A stretch of 64,000 nucleotides of DNA from a virus. Below, piece after piece: positions 58,529 to 64,000 of this stretch. Position numbers and translations under genes: made by a program. Numbering within the stretch: the first letter of the stretch is position 1; the number at the start of each line of letters is the position of its first letter. The stretch spans positions 25,073 through 89,072 of the IMG/VR virus record IMGVR_UViG_3300027816_000087; one strand, 5' to 3'. The notes beneath the pieces were generated by a model. That model saw only the letters and a program-made list of their open reading frames with translations. It did not search any database and was not told the DNA's origin.

Positions 58529-59407
58529 TTAAGGTCGTTTCTCTGTAGCTAAACACACTTCACCTTGCATTCTGATAAGTCTAGCCATATCATTAAAAGA
58601 TATAAAAGCTCTACCATTTTGTCCCCATTTTCTACCCCAACTATTCTTAATTCTAAATAGTCTTCTTTTTGTATCAACACCATTTATAACATAAGCATGA
58701 CCCCCTGATAAAGGACCAGAAACTGAAATAATACCTGTAGTTCTATTAGGAAAAAACATATTTCTATACCACAATGTACCAACAACAACAGGACCTATAT
58801 TTAATACAGTGGAAATCAATGTATTAATATTAGTAGTCCAAAGATAGTTTTGTATAAAACCTAAGTTTTGAAGTATTTTAGCACCTGCTCTAACAGATGT
58901 ACCATTGTAGTTTTCACCTGGCCATTCATCTATTTTTTGAGCTTCTCTATAAACAGGATTAGGTTGTATAATTGGATGAGGTGTAGATGCTTGATAAAAA
59001 GGACCATCTTCTAACCAATGCACCCAAGCATATGCTACACATTCTGATGTTTGTCCTTGATCTCCCCACCACTGTTCATCATCCCAATAACGAGATGTTA
59101 GTGGTTTAGTATTACTTAAAAGACCACTATTCTCTATAAGATAATTATTATCTCTATCATCGCGCGCGTACACGCGACCCAATCCTAAATCCACTTGAGA
59201 ATGACTAAAATCATCTTCTAATGTTTGCCAATCTACAAGAGTTTTACGTATATCAAGAAGATCCCAATCTCTTGTCTTTTTACATGATTCTAAACCATAC
59301 TTCATTTCTACCATCAATTGATAGGTAGTATCAGCAAATTCTTTGTATATCTCTACCTTTTTAGCAGATAGATCTCTACAAGGTTTAGTATCTGTATTAC
59401 AATACAT
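58529..59407 (-). CDS. Papain-like (C1) cysteine protease with an unrelated N-terminal extension
   Basis: DQGQTSECVAYAW (oxyanion Gln and catalytic Cys), GPVVVG, GGHAYVING (His), IKNSWG (Asn). Confidence 0.9.
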   Translation of the reverse strand: MYCNTDTKPCRDLSAKKVEIYKEFADTTYQLMVEMKYGLESCKKTRDWDLLDIRKTLVDWQTLEDDFSHSQVDLGLGRVYARDDRDNNYLIENSGLLSNTKPLTSRYWDDEQWWGDQGQTSECVAYAWVHWLEDGPFYQASTPHPIIQPNPVYREAQKIDEWPGENYNGTSVRAGAKILQNLGFIQNYLWTTNINTLISTVLNIGPVVVGTLWYRNMFFPNRTTGIISVSGPLSGGHAYVINGVDTKRRLFRIKNSWGRKWGQNGRAFISFNDMARLIRMQGEVCLATEKRP

Positions 59408-59574
59408 TAGGTATCTTTTTTATCTTCTTGAGTTTTAGATGTTGCTTCTTTTAGCTCAACTAGTTTTTTTTCGTAATCAGCTATGCAGTTTACACAAACT
59501 AGTTTTCCATCAGTAGCGTGACGTCTTTTGCAACTGCATGTTATTTGAGCATCGCAGTTTAAACACTTTTGCAT
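59407..59574 (-). CDS. Small Cys-rich (zinc-finger-like) protein
   Basis: Likely start MQKCLNC; CxxC...CxC...CxxC. Confidence 0.6.
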   Translation of the reverse strand: MQKCLNCDAQITCSCKRRHATDGKLVCVNCIADYEKKLVELKEATSKTQEDKKDT

Positions 59575-59591
59575 ATATGGTTGGTTTTTAA

Positions 59592-60149
59592 TTACTTGCA
59601 ATTATTGCAGCAAGTATCTGGAAATTTGTCAAGTCTACGCTTAGCATAGTTATATAAATCCATACCAGCTGCGCTATCATGACAATATTCCACTTTAGCT
59701 TTTGCTGCGTCTATAAATGATTTAATAAGTCTAAGTTCTTTTAAAGATTCTTTAACATCTGCGTTAGGTTCGCAAGCAGCAAGTTCTAATTGACAAAGTT
59801 GTTTATTCCACTGATCTAATAAAGCTGTTACACGTAAATGTGTGTATTCTACATACACTTTATCATTAGGGCTCACTGAATATCTTATAGTATAAACACC
59901 ATCTGGAATATCTTGTACCACTTCTCCACAACCACTAGTTTGTATATACAAATCACAACCATCTAAAACTAGATCAAATCCTTTTATCACCTCAATTGCA
60001 ACAGGTTTATTAAAACCTGGAACAGTGATATGTACTGTTTCGCAGTCTACATCAATCTTATCTGTATATACGCTTGTATCAGTTATTTTAAGAATACCTA
60101 GATTTTTTACATCAAGCACTTCTAAACTTAATTGGTGTTTTGAAGCCAT
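59592..60149 (-). CDS. Conserved crAss-like virion protein
   Basis: 185 aa; DTSVY, ITVPGF, IPDGVYTIRYSVSP and helical C-terminus resemble conserved crAss-like structural proteins. Confidence 0.55.
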   Translation of the reverse strand: MASKHQLSLEVLDVKNLGILKITDTSVYTDKIDVDCETVHITVPGFNKPVAIEVIKGFDLVLDGCDLYIQTSGCGEVVQDIPDGVYTIRYSVSPNDKVYVEYTHLRVTALLDQWNKQLCQLELAACEPNADVKESLKELRLIKSFIDAAKAKVEYCHDSAAGMDLYNYAKRRLDKFPDTCCNNCK

Positions 60150-60226
60150 CGTAAATGTTTTACTTTATTACAAAATTATATAGATCTCTCCAATAAAAAT
60201 ATACTAATTTTTGTGGAGTATTCCAA

Positions 60227-60267
60227 AAGAAAAAAGGGAGGGACGATTTGTCCTCTCCCTTTTTCTT
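60227..60267. terminator. Intrinsic terminator downstream of the 477-aa structural gene
   Basis: aagaaaaaagggagggac-gattt-gtcctctccctttttctt hairpin with A and T flanks. Confidence 0.85.
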
Positions 60268-60286
60268 ATTTAGGATAGTTTTGTTA

Positions 60287-61720
60287 TTATCCTTGAGCTT
60301 GAGTTGTTGTTTCTACAGCAGGAGATGCTGGAACAGCAGGAGCTACTGCTAAAGCACAAGCACAATTGCCATAATTAGGATATGCACCATCTCCAAGAGG
60401 ACCAGCAGGAACTGCAGGTGCACTTTCACTACCAGCACAATAGTATTCAATTTCAAGATTTGTACAACAAGTATCAATGATATCTTCAAGTTGATTAATT
60501 AGTGTAGTAGCTGTTGCAGCTTCTTCAACATAAATAGTCAACAAATATTGATCATTGTCAAATGTTCCTGTAGGATTGTTAAAGCGAGGAACACTATGAA
60601 GAATGTTAATACTATTGTAAAAGCTATTACGATCAACAGATTCAAGAACAGGGTTTGCTTCAATCTCTCTCATCCTCAAATGATCTACACGAGAACTATC
60701 AGGATAAGCCTCTTGACGATAGCGACCATCAAGAATCAAGTTACGAAGAACTGTTTCACCAACACCTTGAGCTTGAACAGGTTCTTGAACATCAGGAGTG
60801 TATACACCATTGTTCCAAGTACCAGTGATGCTAACGCATTGTACATTACAAGGATCTCCAGACTCATCAACTACAGAAGCATAAAGCTGCAAAGGTTGAA
60901 GTTCATAGAAATCAGTAGGAGTGAAGGTACAATATCCGAATTTAGTTTCAAGATATGCCACTTCAAAACGCACTTTAGCTTTGATGTCGCAATCGTTAAA
61001 ATCTTCTTCTGTGTTAGGAACATAAGCGTTAAGAGCTTCAACAAATTCACCTACAGTGTTAAAATCTTCACTAGCAGCTACTTCACCACCATCCCAATCA
61101 TAAACTGTAACTTTCAAGAAGTTAGTGATGATAGGATTTTCAAGTGCTTGCTTAGCCCACTGAATAGCAACAATTGTAGGATCTACAATAGCACCAGTAC
61201 ATACAGCTGTACAATCATCTGTGCAACATCCACTAAACGCATCAAGTGTACGATAGATGTTGTGAGACAAGAAACGAAGTGCAGGAGAACCTTTCAGATC
61301 AATACGAAGACGATAGGTTTTACCACACTCAATTTTACCAATCTCAATATCTTTAACTTGGTTTACAGGAGGAGTAGAACAAGTGACAAACACCTTATTG
61401 ATATACTTAGGGTTGATCACTTTAGATTTTACAGACTCTTGATAACCACCATGGTAAGGGCCAATCTTATCTTTAGTAAAATAAGATCCTTGAGCAAGGA
61501 TAAAAGGTTTACCATTGTTAGTGTCACTAAATGCTGTGTACTTTTGAGCATCAAACAAACCAATTTGACCAGGTAAAAGATCAGCAGTTGATCCAGAAGT
61601 AAGTTGATCAACATAACTACCTGGAGGAACAATTCCTAATTGTCCAGAAGTAGCAGGAACAGGACCTGCTTCAATAACTTTCGCTAGAAAGGATTTTCGA
61701 AACGCGTGATTAAAATACAT
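60287..61720 (-). CDS. Abundant structural protein, possible auxiliary capsid (decoration) protein
   Basis: 477 aa; own promoter-like motif and strong terminator; higher GC codon usage; HSVPRFNNPTGTFDND near the end; A/P/T-rich tail; position after a ring-protein gene as in crAss-like capsid modules. Confidence 0.55.
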   Translation of the reverse strand: MYFNHAFRKSFLAKVIEAGPVPATSGQLGIVPPGSYVDQLTSGSTADLLPGQIGLFDAQKYTAFSDTNNGKPFILAQGSYFTKDKIGPYHGGYQESVKSKVINPKYINKVFVTCSTPPVNQVKDIEIGKIECGKTYRLRIDLKGSPALRFLSHNIYRTLDAFSGCCTDDCTAVCTGAIVDPTIVAIQWAKQALENPIITNFLKVTVYDWDGGEVAASEDFNTVGEFVEALNAYVPNTEEDFNDCDIKAKVRFEVAYLETKFGYCTFTPTDFYELQPLQLYASVVDESGDPCNVQCVSITGTWNNGVYTPDVQEPVQAQGVGETVLRNLILDGRYRQEAYPDSSRVDHLRMREIEANPVLESVDRNSFYNSINILHSVPRFNNPTGTFDNDQYLLTIYVEEAATATTLINQLEDIIDTCCTNLEIEYYCAGSESAPAVPAGPLGDGAYPNYGNCACALAVAPAVPASPAVETTTQAQG

Positions 61721-61789
61721 AGTTTTAAAATTTAAGGTTTACAAATAAAAAATAAGTTTATAATATAATATACAAATTATTTTACAATT

Positions 61790-62383
61790 CTACAAATAAT
61801 CTTTTATTTCATGGTCAAGAAGACGCATTGCTATCTTATCTTCTCCAAATGCATTAAGCTGATCTATCCAGTTTTGCATTTTACCATGCTCCTCATTTTG
61901 TTCTCTAAGATAGTGAAGAGCAAGCTCATATAACATATGGGAACCATCTTTAAGAGCATGATTGGCTAACTCACTACATTGATTAGTGATTTCTATCTCA
62001 TGATCAAAAGATTGTCTAATAATATCAGGAAGACCACCAAATGTTTCAGAAGGTTGTTCAAGAGAAGCTGTTGCAGGTTGAACTCCCATGTTTAAAAGAT
62101 ACTCACGAGCAATGTCAGCATGTCCTCTTTCTTCATCTGAATACTTTTTCCAAAGTTTGGCTGCATTTACATAGCCAGCATTATCTAACCAAAGAGACAT
62201 TGCTAAATAAATACGAGAAGATTGATCTTCTTGTTGTACGCGATAATTAAGAAAACTAATACAAGAATCATCAATTAAAGGATTTTTTCCTTTAATAGGT
62301 GCAGTTTTAATACCTGTTTTAATAGGTTCTGCTGTTGCAGATCCTTTTGTACTAAAAATTGTAGGGCGAGCTATTTTTTGCAT
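61790..62383 (-). CDS. Non-heme ferritin (FtnA-like)
   Basis: Ferroxidase-centre pattern QQE...IYLAMS, DEERGH, DHE, EQNEE. Confidence 0.85.
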   Translation of the reverse strand: MQKIARPTIFSTKGSATAEPIKTGIKTAPIKGKNPLIDDSCISFLNYRVQQEDQSSRIYLAMSLWLDNAGYVNAAKLWKKYSDEERGHADIAREYLLNMGVQPATASLEQPSETFGGLPDIIRQSFDHEIEITNQCSELANHALKDGSHMLYELALHYLREQNEEHGKMQNWIDQLNAFGEDKIAMRLLDHEIKDYL

Positions 62384-62385
62384 TG

Positions 62386-63087
62386 TTAACTATTTGTTTG
62401 TACTGCTTGTTGTTCTCTTTGAAACTGAGTAATAGATTCTATATCACCAGCAAGAATTGTAACAGCTTGATCTACAATTACTTCTACAACATCATCTTTT
62501 AACTCACATTCTTGATCAGTAAGAGTTATTAATCCAGTACTTGGATTTATACAATCTTTAAAAAGAACTTCAACAGGTTTTCTAAAATAGGTGAGCGTAA
62601 GATCTGTTATATCAAACTCATCATTAGTATACACTCTTACAGTGTTTCCTACAAGTGTAGATAATGTTTCTCCCCAATCAAAACTAGGACCTTTTGTATC
62701 ACTAGTAAGAAGAATCCCCATATTAGCTTCTTCTGTTTGATATATTACCATCCTGCGTTTTTCTTTGCAACATTCACTTATAGCAAATGCATCTACACGC
62801 ACGTAATATAGATAATCTTCTGGAAGTTCCCCTTCGTAAAAATACTTTTTATCTACTGGAAAAATTTTTTGCCCTTTTAAAAGAACTTGTAAATCATCCA
62901 CTAATCCTGTAGATTCTTCAGATCCTTCTTTTCTGGTATTTATACCATAAATCTGTCTACGCACCCATTCTAATTGAGCTTTATTGAAAGCTTCTTGAAT
63001 CTGCCAACATTCTATATTATCATAATCAAATGAAGCTAATTTATTTAGCCTCTGTTTGATTTTTATTTGTAAAAGATTATTATTCAT
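62386..63087 (-). CDS. Head-tail connector / ring protein
   Basis: 233 aa; RLNKL...FNKAQ, DDLQVLL, LPEDYLY, LTYFRKP, EVIVDQAV pattern typical of crAss-like ring proteins. Confidence 0.65.
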   Translation of the reverse strand: MNNNLLQIKIKQRLNKLASFDYDNIECWQIQEAFNKAQLEWVRRQIYGINTRKEGSEESTGLVDDLQVLLKGQKIFPVDKKYFYEGELPEDYLYYVRVDAFAISECCKEKRRMVIYQTEEANMGILLTSDTKGPSFDWGETLSTLVGNTVRVYTNDEFDITDLTLTYFRKPVEVLFKDCINPSTGLITLTDQECELKDDVVEVIVDQAVTILAGDIESITQFQREQQAVQTNS

Positions 63088-63517
63088 TTTCTAAAATTAA
63101 GCCACCCCATTTTACTTCACATTCTCCACAACTACATTCACCTCTTAAATATAAAGCAGCAAGTTCAAGTAATTCAGGATTATCTTTAAAATGTCCTAAA
63201 CCAAGATTACAATTTTGACAAAGTTTACCTCTTATTCTGCCTGTTTTATGATCATGATCAATAGCTTGACCAGGTTCTCCACATATTATACATTCAAATT
63301 CTTCATTAGCATCAATAAATCTTTCTATTTCACTATCAGGTATATTCCAACTTTTTGGAGGAACCTTTTTTCTTCTATTATTTCTATACTCTTTTGCGCA
63401 ATCTCTACACCAACTATCTAAACCTGAGTTCATATTTTTATTAACTCTAAAGTGTTGAGCATCTTCAGGTTTAACAACTTTGCATTTAGTACAAGCTTTA
63501 ACTATTAGCATTTCCAT
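63080..63517 (-). CDS. Endonuclease VII-like HNH (putative homing) endonuclease
   Basis: CIICG...IDHDHKTGRIRGKLCQNCNLGLGHFKDN...AALYL plus N-terminal CTKC...CRDC zinc finger. Confidence 0.85.
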   Translation of the reverse strand: MEMLIVKACTKCKVVKPEDAQHFRVNKNMNSGLDSWCRDCAKEYRNNRRKKVPPKSWNIPDSEIERFIDANEEFECIICGEPGQAIDHDHKTGRIRGKLCQNCNLGLGHFKDNPELLELAALYLRGECSCGECEVKWGGLILENE

Positions 63518-63747
63518 TTTTTTCTTGCTAATCTTAATCTACTATTTGGATCTTTTGCAGCTTTAGGCCACATTTTCATTTGACCTTCTGATCTAGCACA
63601 AAAAGACTTTTTACGAGAACCACCTTGTGGTTGTGGTGGTTTAAGATTACCACCAGTTGCTTTATTGTAAGAAGCTCTTCCTTTAGCGTTCAAACCACCT
63701 TCAGGATTCTTACCTTCTTTTCTTTGCCATGCTGGAGACTTTGCCAT
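63505..63747 (-). CDS. Small basic phage protein (DUF6321-like)
   Basis: AWQRKEGKNPEGGLNAKGRASY...RKKSFCAR...DPNSR...KWKC. Confidence 0.65.
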   Translation of the reverse strand: MAKSPAWQRKEGKNPEGGLNAKGRASYNKATGGNLKPPQPQGGSRKKSFCARSEGQMKMWPKAAKDPNSRLRLARKKWKC

Positions 63748-63988
63748 TGCTTTTATTTTTAGGATAAGGATTTTCTTTATGCCATTTCTTGGTAGCTGCT
63801 ACACCTTGTGCTACTGTTTTAGCTCCAGCTTTTTTAGTAAGATCTATAGTGTCCCATTCTCCTTTATCTTTAGTGGGGTGGTTCACCATAATATTTCCTT
63901 TCTTACCTTCACCAACTCCAGTGGGACTAGTCTTTTTATAAACTATATGTTTTTCACCACCTGCTGAAACTTTAACTTTCTTAGGCAT
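63710..63988 (-). CDS. Small basic hypothetical phage protein
   Basis: 92-aa Lys-rich ORF, co-oriented and overlapping the next gene. Confidence 0.6.
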   Translation of the reverse strand: MPKKVKVSAGGEKHIVYKKTSPTGVGEGKKGNIMVNHPTKDKGEWDTIDLTKKAGAKTVAQGVAATKKWHKENPYPKNKSNGKVSSMAKKRR

Positions 63989-64000
63989 ATTATTTACCTC

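Noticed and set aside
60548-61576. 342-aa + strand ORF antisense to the 477-aa structural gene
   Set aside because: Lies entirely opposite a well-supported gene, has no recognisable motifs, and is explained by the biased codon usage of the sense gene.
2660-63988. Stop-codon reassignment as found in some Crassvirales
   Set aside because: Very long ORFs are intact in the standard code; TAG ends genes at 44293 and 61790 and TGA ends genes at 39391 and 54498 with tight packing.
1-64000. Major capsid, portal, terminase, tRNA and integrase genes
   Set aside because: None recognised; capsid and packaging genes probably lie beyond the right edge, and no intergenic gap shows a tRNA cloverleaf.

Overview
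AT-rich, densely coding fragment of a Crassvirales (crAss-like) bacteriophage genome, probably from an environmental Bacteroidota host, read in the standard genetic code. A short + strand block (1-2630: C-terminus of a probable DNA polymerase, dNMP kinase, spanin-like membrane protein, spore-photoproduct-lyase-like radical SAM enzyme) meets a ~61 kb - strand virion module at a bidirectional terminator. The - strand module encodes a 5259-aa virion RNA polymerase (GSDFDVD motif) with accessory domains, its large partner proteins, three multi-module ejected-protein candidates punctuated by a repeated x-x-x-G-G motif, tail muzzle and ring proteins, an IHF/HU-like protein, a ferritin and an EndoVII-type nuclease. 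The most unusual part is an island at ~47.9-59.4 kb: two glycosyltransferases (one GT34-like, one resembling plant HPAT/SERGT1 peptidyl O-glycosyltransferases) sit among about ten Cys-rich proteins, most with mucin-like poly-Thr tracts, next to a TSP3-repeat metalloprotease lipoprotein and a papain-like protease. I infer a candidate phage-encoded protein O-glycosylation system with its substrates. A recurring intergenic motif (candidate late promoter) was found, in two cases with a palindrome exactly 23 nt away. All family assignments come from motif recognition by eye; no database search was run.
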